Positions 54,383-64,000 of a stretch of 64,000 nucleotides of DNA are shown here, piece by piece. Under the pieces are notes generated by a model, which saw only the letters and a list, made by a program, of their open reading frames with translations, was not told the origin of the DNA and searched no databases. Every line of letters starts with the position of its first letter. The first letter of the stretch is position 1. Location: assembly GCF_036507355.1 (NCBI RefSeq), contig NZ_AP027877.1; one strand, 5' to 3'. Origin of the DNA: Escherichia coli. GTDB taxonomy: Bacteria > Pseudomonadota > Gammaproteobacteria > Enterobacterales > Enterobacteriaceae. Made by a program: the position numbers and the translations under genes.

Positions 54383-54424
54383 GTTTATCATGCCAGATTG
54401 CCCGTCATATCAGCGTTTCGTTGT

Positions 54425-54440
54425 TGGCACGGAAGATGCA
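54425..54440 (+). promoter_or_regulatory. sigma54 (-24/-12) promoter of zraP
   Basis: TGGCACGGAAGATGCA about 35 bp upstream of the zraP start. Confidence 0.75.
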
Positions 54441-54475
54441 ATACCCGAAGTAAGACAACCACTGGAAGATTAACC

Positions 54476-54895
54476 ATGAAACGGAACACGAAAATTGCCC
54501 TGGTGATGATGGCGCTTTCAGCAATGGCGATGGGATCGACATCTGCATTTGCTCACGGCGGACACGGTATGTGGCAGCAAAATGCCGCGCCTTTGACCAG
54601 CGAACAACAGACAGCGTGGCAGAAAATCCATAATGACTTTTACGCTCAAAGCAGCGCACTGCAACAGCAACTGGTGACGAAGCGTTATGAATACAATGCC
54701 CTGTTAGCCGCGAACCCACCGGATAGCAGCAAAATTAACGCGGTCGCCAAAGAGATGGAGAATTTGCGTCAGTCGTTAGATGAGTTACGGGTGAAACGGG
54801 ATATTGCGATGGCTGAAGCGGGTATTCCGCGCGGTACCGGAATGGGTTACGGCGGCTGCGGTGGTGGCGGTCATATGGGTATGGGCCACTGGTAA
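54476..54895 (+). CDS. zraP: zinc-resistance-associated periplasmic protein ZraP (139 aa)
   Basis: ORF 54335..54895; start taken at MKRNTKIALVMMALSAMAMGSTSAFAHGGHGMW (signal peptide); Gly/His-rich C-tail. Confidence 0.9.
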   Translation: MKRNTKIALVMMALSAMAMGSTSAFAHGGHGMWQQNAAPLTSEQQTAWQKIHNDFYAQSSALQQQLVTKRYEYNALLAANPPDSSKINAVAKEMENLRQSLDELRVKRDIAMAEAGIPRGTGMGYGGCGGGGHMGMGHW

Positions 54896-54896
54896 A

Positions 54897-55598
54897 TCAG
54901 AACGTTTTCTCGTTGGGTTGCCAGCGACAGAAATCAGAGTTTGCCACTAACAGTAATTGCGAACCTTCGGGCGCTTCCAGCCATGCCATGCTGACATCAA
55001 CAGAAGAGCGGCTCTGGCGGCGCTCGATATGCGCTATCGCCTGCGAATCTAAATCAGGTTTAATGGTTTGCCCTTCGCAGGTGGTCACAGTCTGTTCCAT
55101 CGCATGCCAGCGCCCCTGGCGCAGCACGACTCTCCCCTGACGTAAGGCATCGCTAATCTGGCGGATCTGATCAGCACGATAACGGTATAAATCGATTTGG
55201 TCGTTAGAAAGCTGCTGCTTTTCCCCATCGGATTCGCGTTGCATAAAGCTCAGATCGCCGCGATCGTCAAAACGCGCGCGAATATTCACCGGGGGTTTGC
55301 TGTAAACATTGATATTGATGAGCGTGAGGTTATCGCCCTGCCAGCGATACTCTCGCGTCGTGGTATCGCCACTGCGCCACGGGCTAAACACGGCAAGAAG
55401 ATGCACATTATCGCCGCTGTCTTTTCGCCAGATGCGTACCGCGCCCTGGTCTTCAGCAAATCCACTGGCGGTAAAGGGAGGAAGTGAAGAGTTGTGACTA
55501 CAAGCAGTGAGAAACAGAGCGCCAGCCAGCATCAATGATCGACGCCAGAAAGACAAAAGGGGTGAAACCACCCCTTCGTTAAAACTGTTCACTGCCAC
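54897..55598 (-). CDS. yjaH: DUF1481-family lipoprotein YjaH
   Basis: ORF track; lipobox LFLTACS; true start may be internal Met (MLAGALFLTAC, ~55532) because the hupA terminator hairpin lies within the first 20 codons of the long ORF. Confidence 0.8.
   Translation of the reverse strand: MAVNSFNEGVVSPLLSFWRRSLMLAGALFLTACSHNSSLPPFTASGFAEDQGAVRIWRKDSGDNVHLLAVFSPWRSGDTTTREYRWQGDNLTLININVYSKPPVNIRARFDDRGDLSFMQRESDGEKQQLSNDQIDLYRYRADQIRQISDALRQGRVVLRQGRWHAMEQTVTTCEGQTIKPDLDSQAIAHIERRQSRSSVDVSMAWLEAPEGSQLLLVANSDFCRWQPNEKTF
55552..55575 (-). terminator. Rho-independent terminator of hupA
   Basis: Minus strand GGGGTGGTTTCACCCC hairpin followed by TTTTGTCTTTCT immediately downstream of the hupA stop. 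Confidence 0.75.
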
Positions 55599-55604
55599 GC
55601 AATC

Positions 55605-55877
55605 TTACTTAACTGCGTCTTTCAGTGCCTTGCCAGAAACAAATGCCGGTACGTTAGCTGCGGCAATTTTGATTTCTTTACCGGTCTGCGGGTTGCGGCC
55701 AGTACGCTCAGCGCGGTGGTTCACTTTGAAGGTACCGAAACCAACCAGTTGTACAGCATCGCCTTCTTTCAGAGACTCAGTAATTGCAGCCAGAGTGGAC
55801 TCCAGAGCAGCTTTAGCCTGGGTTTTGGACAGTTCTGCTTTCTCTGCAATTACATCAATCAGTTGAGTCTTGTTCAT
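55605..55877 (-). CDS. hupA: DNA-binding protein HU-alpha (90 aa)
   Basis: ORF track; [90 protein letters not shown]. Confidence 0.98.
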
Positions 55878-56063
55878 AAGTTATCCTTACAATGTGTTTA
55901 TCGCTTGCTAAGCATCGAGTGCGACGGAAATGCCAGAATAGCACTCTCCTGCATACACGCACCGATAGCCACTTTTTTTCGCCCCCCAAATGTAGACCAG
56001 ACGGGGGGCGAAAGGGAAGACTCCAGGTACGACAAATCAGGCGTTAAATCACGTTTTCTGGTC

Positions 56064-56654
56064 TTATTGCTGAAAAATTATACCAATATTGCTCTCACCC
56101 GCCTCACGCAGGTCTGCCCTAAGGCCTTTTATCAACTCGATATCGCGTTCTTCGCACTCAGCTAAAAGTCGGAATATTTCCCACTGAATGTCCCATTCTT
56201 GCTCTACAGCTGGGTTTTCTTTGAGCTCTTCATCGCTCATTTCGCGACCAGCCTGAGTCATTTCCAGCATCGCAACGGTCGTGATGGAGGTCTTACTCAC
56301 TTCCACCGCGTGTTCGAGCGTTTCACCACTCAAACGCGAATGGACCAGTTCACTTAACGCCACGCAGGCATCGATTGCCGGATAAACGCCGTACAGATCG
56401 AAATCGTCGGCTGAAGGAATCGCTTCTTCAAATTTCTCCAGTTGGCTGTCGAAATTTACTTTTGCGTCTTTAACGGTCAGCGTTTCCCAGATGAGATCGA
56501 GAATACGACGGTAAATTTGCCCATCACCAAAACCGGTTTGCTGGCAGAACATGGCGTAATTGGGGTACATGCGTTCGCATAAGCAAGCCATGAAAGTGAC
56601 ATGCTGCCAGCTTTCCAGGCGCTCCAGACGCAGATGAATTGGGTTTTGTAACAT
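56064..56654 (-). CDS. yjaG: DUF416-family protein YjaG (196 aa)
   Basis: ORF track; MLQNPIHLRLERLESWQHVTFMACLCERMYPNYAMF... Confidence 0.9.
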   Translation of the reverse strand: MLQNPIHLRLERLESWQHVTFMACLCERMYPNYAMFCQQTGFGDGQIYRRILDLIWETLTVKDAKVNFDSQLEKFEEAIPSADDFDLYGVYPAIDACVALSELVHSRLSGETLEHAVEVSKTSITTVAMLEMTQAGREMSDEELKENPAVEQEWDIQWEIFRLLAECEERDIELIKGLRADLREAGESNIGIIFQQ

Positions 56655-56696
56655 GTTGAGTTCTCAAATACGGAAATTATCCGCAGTTTACCTGAA

Positions 56697-57368
56697 TTAG
56701 GGCTGATTTGCTGTATAGCGCACGAACGCCGGACGTTCCGAGGCCACCGCGTCCGCCCAGCGCGTTGGCTCCGGCAGACGATAGCCTTTCATGCAGCGTT
56801 GTACCCACGCCAGCGCGCTGTCCACGCTGACCCGATGGCCGGTAGCGATAAACAACGGGTTACAGCGCGCTTTGCTGCGCCAGACCCAGGCCAGCTGCTC
56901 GCCTTTATCCATCAGTGGGGCCAGCGCGCCCGGTTCGCTGGAGAGCGGTTCGAATTTACCGCATAGTCGTTTTTTCGCTACGCCAATGGTCGGCACATCC
57001 ACCAGCAAACCAAAATGGCTGGCAACGCCAAGACGGCGAGGATGCGAGATCCCATGACCATCGACAAACACTAAATCCGGCTTTTGTGACAGCATCTCCC
57101 ACGCTGCCAGCAGCGCAGGATATTCGCGGAAGGAAAGAAAACCTGGAATGTAAGGCATGGTGGTGGCGATACGAGCCACTTTATACTCCACCAGCTCAAG
57201 CGAGGGGTATTTCAGCAGCACCATCGCCGCTCGCGTCACTTCTCCGCCCTGCTCAAACCCGACATCGGCTCCGGCGATCAGATCCGGCGGATCCTTATCG
57301 AGTCGATCCTCGCGGATCACAGAAGAAGCCAGTTCGATTTGTTGAGCGCGTAATGACGCGAGATCCAT
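56697..57368 (-). CDS. nfi: endonuclease V (deoxyinosine 3' endonuclease, 223 aa)
   Basis: ORF track; [52 protein letters not shown]... Confidence 0.95.
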
Positions 57369-57377
57369 AATCGCTCC

Positions 57378-58442
57378 TTAGCGGTGATACTGTTCAGACA
57401 ATCGATGCACTGCCTCCACGAACACGCCAGCATGTTCTGGCGGCACATCCTGATGAATGCCGTGACCAAGGTTAAAGACATGACCTTCGCCGTGACCGAA
57501 ACCTGCAAGTATAGTCGCTACTTCTTCTTCAATGCGAGCAGGCGGCGCGTACAGCATCGACGGATCCATATTACCCTGCAACGCGACTTTATTGCCCACA
57601 CGGCGGCGCGCATCGGCGATGTCCGTTGTCCAGTCGAGGCCCAGCGCATCGCAACCGGTTTCTGCCATGGCTTCCAGCCACTGTCCGCCGCCTTTGGTAA
57701 ACAGCGTGACCGGTACGCGGCGACCGTCGTTTTCACGCAGTAAACCATCAACAATTTTATGCATGTAATAAAGCGAGAACTGTTGATAATCGCGCCCGGT
57801 AAGCACGCCGCCCCAGGTGTCGAAAATCATCACAGCCTGAGCACCGGCTTTAATCTGCGCATTCAGATACAAAGTGACGCTTTTCGCCAGTTTATCGAGT
57901 AGAGCGTGCAGCGCCTGCGGATCGGCATACATCATTTTTTTGATCACGGTGAACGCTTTGCTGCTGCCGCCTTCCACCATGTAGGTCGCCAGCGTCCACG
58001 GGCTGCCGGAAAAACCAATCAGCGGCACTTCGCCTTTCAGTTCGCGACGAATGGTACGCACCGCGTTCATCACGTACCCCAGTTCATCTTCCGGGTCCGG
58101 AATTGGCAGTTTATCGACGTCGGCTTTGCAGGTGACTGGCGAGGTAAAACGCGGACCTTCTCCGGCTTCAAAATAGAGCCCTAACCCCATCGCGTCCGGC
58201 ACGGTGAGGATATCGGAAAAGAGGATCGCCGCATCCAGCGGGTAGCGACGCAGCGGTTGCAAAGTCACTTCGCACGCCAGCTCGGCGTTTTTGCACAGCG
58301 ACATAAAATCGCCTGCCTGGGCGCGCGTGGCTTTATATTCCGGTAGATAGCGACCCGCCTGGCGCATCATCCATACTGGAGTGACATCAACGGGCTGGCG
58401 CAGCAGCGCCCGCAGATAACGATCGTTTTTAAGTTCGGTCAT
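57378..58442 (-). CDS. hemE: uroporphyrinogen decarboxylase HemE (354 aa)
   Basis: ORF track; [50 protein letters not shown]... Confidence 0.97.
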   Translation of the reverse strand: MTELKNDRYLRALLRQPVDVTPVWMMRQAGRYLPEYKATRAQAGDFMSLCKNAELACEVTLQPLRRYPLDAAILFSDILTVPDAMGLGLYFEAGEGPRFTSPVTCKADVDKLPIPDPEDELGYVMNAVRTIRRELKGEVPLIGFSGSPWTLATYMVEGGSSKAFTVIKKMMYADPQALHALLDKLAKSVTLYLNAQIKAGAQAVMIFDTWGGVLTGRDYQQFSLYYMHKIVDGLLRENDGRRVPVTLFTKGGGQWLEAMAETGCDALGLDWTTDIADARRRVGNKVALQGNMDPSMLYAPPARIEEEVATILAGFGHGEGHVFNLGHGIHQDVPPEHAGVFVEAVHRLSEQYHR

Positions 58443-58481
58443 TTTGGCTGTTCCTTAGTGCGTCAGGCGGTCAGTGTATCA

Positions 58482-59255
58482 TCACTCATACTCTGCCCGA
58501 CACATCGCCACCGTATCTTCTATCAGACGGCGCGCTACGGTGCCGGGCGGCGGGAGTAACGGCAAATCGTCATAGCGATACCAGTTCGCCTCGAGCAATT
58601 CTTTCGGGTCGATCACGATGTCGCCGCTGTCATATTCCGCCATAAACGCGGTCATTAAAGACTGAGGAAACGGCCACGGCTGGGAAGTCACATAACGCAA
58701 GTGTTTAACTTTAATTCCGCTCTCTTCCATCACTTCCCGCGCGACCGCCTGCTCGAGGGTTTCGCCCACTTCGACGAATCCGGCAAGTACAGTATGGACA
58801 CCGTTACGATGGCGGGTATGCTGGGCGAGGAGGATCGAATCATCGCGACGGATGGCAACAATAATGCAGGGGGCGATTTGCGGGTAGTAACGCTCACGGC
58901 AATGGCTGCACAGCATCGCCCATTCGGTTTTGCTTGGATACATTTCATGCCCGCAGTAACCACAGTATTTATGCGATCGGTAAAACTCCGCCAGTTGCAC
59001 GCCACGTCCGGCCAGTTGAAACAGCCCAACATCGAGATCAATGACCTGACGTACCGACCCCATATCGTGACGCCGCTGCTGTTGTATTAACCAAACAGGT
59101 TCCCCCTGCCATTCGCCGATTTGTAGTGCGCGCTGACCCACAAGATCGAAATTTGCCGCTTCGCCATATGGCAATTCTCCCTTCGGCAACCATAATTTTT
59201 GTTCATGGCTGACGACCCACCAGCCGTGATCTAATTTTTCAATTATACGATCCAT
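58482..59255 (-). CDS. nudC: NADH pyrophosphatase NudC (Nudix, 257 aa)
   Basis: ORF track; zinc-ribbon CxxC...CxxC and Nudix box [22 protein letters not shown]. Confidence 0.95.
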   Translation of the reverse strand: MDRIIEKLDHGWWVVSHEQKLWLPKGELPYGEAANFDLVGQRALQIGEWQGEPVWLIQQQRRHDMGSVRQVIDLDVGLFQLAGRGVQLAEFYRSHKYCGYCGHEMYPSKTEWAMLCSHCRERYYPQIAPCIIVAIRRDDSILLAQHTRHRNGVHTVLAGFVEVGETLEQAVAREVMEESGIKVKHLRYVTSQPWPFPQSLMTAFMAEYDSGDIVIDPKELLEANWYRYDDLPLLPPPGTVARRLIEDTVAMCRAEYE

Positions 59256-59349
59256 AGCTCTTGCACTACCTTTGCATCACTGGCATGTTTAACATGGTTT
59301 TTACATTTCTCACTGAGCAGTTTTTGAATACAAACTTGCGGAGTCAATC

Positions 59350-59826
59350 ATGCTTAACCAGCTCGATAACCTGACGGAGCGCGTCAGAGGAAGTAACAAA
59401 CTGGTTGATCGCTGGCTACATGTACGTAAGCATCTGCTCGTGGCTTACTACAATCTGGTTGGCATTAAGCCTGGCAAAGAATCGTACATGAGGCTAAACG
59501 AAAAAGCCCTTGATGATTTTTGTCAGAGCCTGGTCGATTACTTGTCTGCCGGGCATTTCAGTATTTATGAGCGCATTCTTCATAAGCTGGAAGGCAACGG
59601 GCAACTCGCGCGCGCCGCGAAGATTTGGCCGCAACTCGAAGCCAATACCCAACAGATTATGGATTACTACGATTCCAGCCTGGAAACCGCCATCGATCAT
59701 GATAATTACCTTGAGTTTCAACAGGTTTTATCTGACATCGGCGAGGCGCTGGAAGCGCGCTTTGTGCTGGAAGATAAGCTGATTCTGCTGGTGCTTGACG
59801 CTGCCCGCGTCAAACATCCTGCTTGA
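59350..59826 (+). CDS. rsd: Rsd, regulator of sigma-70 (158 aa)
   Basis: ORF track; MLNQLDNLTERVRGSNKLVDRWLHVRKHLLVAYYNLVGIKP... Confidence 0.95.
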   Translation: MLNQLDNLTERVRGSNKLVDRWLHVRKHLLVAYYNLVGIKPGKESYMRLNEKALDDFCQSLVDYLSAGHFSIYERILHKLEGNGQLARAAKIWPQLEANTQQIMDYYDSSLETAIDHDNYLEFQQVLSDIGEALEARFVLEDKLILLVLDAARVKHPA

Positions 59827-59879
59827 GTTCTGCGCTGTTAACGCGTAATTTACATTCAACGCCCCGTTTGTGGGGGCTA

Positions 59880-60010
59880 ATTTCTTGTCGGAGTGCCTTA
59901 ACTGGCTGAGACCGTTTATTCGGGATCCGCGGAACCTGATCAGGCTAATACCTGCGAAGGGAACAAGAGTTAATCTGCTATCGCATCGCCTTTGCGGCGA
60001 TCGTCTCTTG
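59880..60010 (+). promoter_or_regulatory. TPP (THI-box) riboswitch in thiC leader
   Basis: ...GGAGTGCCTTAACTGGCTGAGACCGTTTATTCGGGATCCGCGGAACCTGATCAGGCTAATACCTGCGAAGGGAACAAGAG contains the conserved CTGAGA and ACCTGATC...GGCTAATACC THI-box elements upstream of thiC. Confidence 0.85.
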
Positions 60011-60056
60011 CTTCATCCGTCGTCTGACAAGCCACGTCCTTAACTTTTTGGAATGA

Positions 60057-62582
<2,526 letters not shown>

Positions 62583-62590
<8 letters not shown>

Positions 62591-63338
62591 CCGTGATTTT
62601 ATGCGTTATAGCCGCCAAATCCTGCTCGACGATATCGCTCTTGACGGGCAGCAAAAACTGCTCGACAGCCAGGTGCTGATTATCGGTCTTGGCGGGCTGG
62701 GTACACCTGCTGCGCTATACCTGGCGGGCGCTGGCGTCGGGACGCTGGTACTGGCAGATGACGACGATGTGCATTTAAGCAATCTGCAACGACAAATCCT
62801 CTTTACCACTGAAGATATCGATCGCCCGAAATCGCAGGTCAGCCATCAGCGACTGACACAGTTGAATCCCGATATTCAACTGAAAGCATTACAACAACGG
62901 TTAACGGGTGAGGCGTTAAAAGATGCGGTTGCACAAGCCGATGTGGTGCTCGACTGTACCGACAATATGGCGACTCGCCAGGAGATTAATGCCGCCTGCG
63001 TGGCACTCAACACGCCGCTTATCACCGCCAGCGCGGTCGGATTTGGCGGTCAGTTGATGGTACTGACGCCGCCCTGGGAGCAGGGGTGTTACCGCTGCCT
63101 GTGGCCAGATAACCAGGAGCCAGAACGCAACTGCCGCACGGCGGGCGTGGTTGGCCCGGTGGTCGGGGTTATGGGCACTTTGCAGGCACTGGAAGCCATT
63201 AAGTTATTAAGCGGTATAGAGACGCCTGCGGGAGAACTCCGACTGTTCGACGGTAAGTCGAGCCAGTGGCGCAGCCTGGCGTTGCGCCGCGCCAGTGGTT
63301 GCCCGGTATGCGGAGGAAGCAATGCAGATCCTGTTTAA
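62583..63338 (+). CDS. thiF: ThiS adenylyltransferase ThiF (251 aa)
   Basis: ORF 62490..63338; start taken at [27 protein letters not shown] overlapping thiE stop; GxGxxG ThiF/MoeB fold. Confidence 0.93.
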
Positions 63339-63522
63339 CGATCAACCGATGCAGTGCGCCGCCGGGCAAACTGTTCACGAACTACTGGAGCAACTCGACC
63401 AACGACAAGCGGGCGCGGCTCTGGCGATTAATCATCAAATCGTCCCGCGTGAGCAGTGGACGCAACATATCGTGCAGGATGGCGACCAGATCCTGCTTTT
63501 TCAGGTTATTGCAGGGGGTTGA
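63322..63522 (+). CDS. thiS: sulfur-carrier protein ThiS (66 aa, C-terminal GG)
   Basis: ORF 63295..63522; start taken at [22 protein letters not shown]; ends ...VIAGG. Confidence 0.9.
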
Positions 63523-63523
63523 G

Positions 63524-64000
63524 ATGTTACGTATTGCGGACAAAACGTTTGATTCACATCTGTTTACCGGCACAGGGAAATTCGCTTCTTCACAACTGAT
63601 GGTGGAGGCGATCCGCGCTTCCGGCAGCCAGCTGGTGACACTGGCGATGAAACGTGTCGACTTGCGCCAGCACAACGACGCTATCCTCGAACCGCTTATC
63701 GCGGCGGGTGTGACCCTGCTGCCGAATACTTCCGGGGCGAAAACAGCGGAAGAAGCCATTTTCGCCGCCCATCTGGCACGTGAAGCGTTAGGCACAAACT
63801 GGCTAAAATTGGAGATTCACCCTGACGCCCGCTGGCTGTTGCCCGATCCCATCGAAACCCTGAAAGCCGCCGAAACGCTGGTACAACAGGGATTTGTCGT
63901 GCTGCCTTACTGCGGGGCCGATCCGGTATTGTGTAAACGTCTGGAAGAAGTCGGCTGTGCAGCGGTGATGCCGCTCGGCGCGCCGATTGGCTCGAATCAG
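63524..64000 (+). CDS. thiG: thiazole synthase ThiG, N-terminal part (3' end beyond window)
   Basis: ATG 1 nt after thiS stop; translation [49 protein letters not shown]...; runs off window end. Confidence 0.9.

Noticed and set aside
55977-56008. GC-rich hairpin CGCCCCCC-N15-GGGGGGCG between hupA and yjaG, considered as a terminator
   Set aside because: The T-run precedes the hairpin on the plus strand and an A-run follows it on the minus strand, so neither transcript has hairpin followed by U-tract; probably part of the hupA promoter region or a structural element.
59861-59890. Short hairpin GCCCCGTTTGTGGGGGC plus T-rich tract after rsd, considered as rsd terminator
   Set aside because: Stem is short and imperfect and it overlaps the 5' part of the thiC TPP-riboswitch leader; cannot separate a terminator from riboswitch structure by eye.

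Overview
This window is an Escherichia coli chromosomal segment (roughly the 91-92 min region, read in reverse relative to K-12 numbering). Gene order: lamB(partial)-malK / malEFG - xylE - psiE - yjbT - yjbHGFE - pgi - lysC - [3-gene accessory islet] - yjbD - rluF - [sorCDFBAME L-sorbose PTS operon] - pepE - yjbB - metH - iclR - aceKAB - metA - yjaB - yjaA - rrnE (16S, tRNA-Glu, 23S, 5S; minus strand) - purHD - zraR - zraS::IS1 - zraP - yjaH - hupA - yjaG - nfi - hemE - nudC - rsd - thiCEFS-thiG(partial). Most of it is conserved core genome with known regulatory RNAs and sites (lysine and TPP riboswitches, MalT/CRP control region, PurR box, rrn P1/P2, sigma54 promoters, REP/BIME repeats). Four things depart from the K-12 backbone as I recall it: (1) a ~3.5 kb islet between lysC and yjbD with a zeta-toxin-like kinase carrying an N-terminal extension (EzeT-like) and a divergently oriented two-gene operon for a cytoplasmic SPFH/band-7 protein and a Pol-beta-type nucleotidyltransferase, which is the best candidate for an undescribed toxin/defence-type module; (2) the sorCDFBAME operon between rluF and pepE; (3) an intact IS1 with 9-bp target duplication interrupting the zraS sensor kinase gene; (4) absence of arpA between iclR and aceK. 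No CRISPR array, integrase or prophage structure was seen. CDS coordinates follow the ORF track; manually placed features (RNAs, repeats, promoters, terminators, IS boundaries) may be off by 1-2 bp. All homology statements come from recognising sequences by eye, not from searches.
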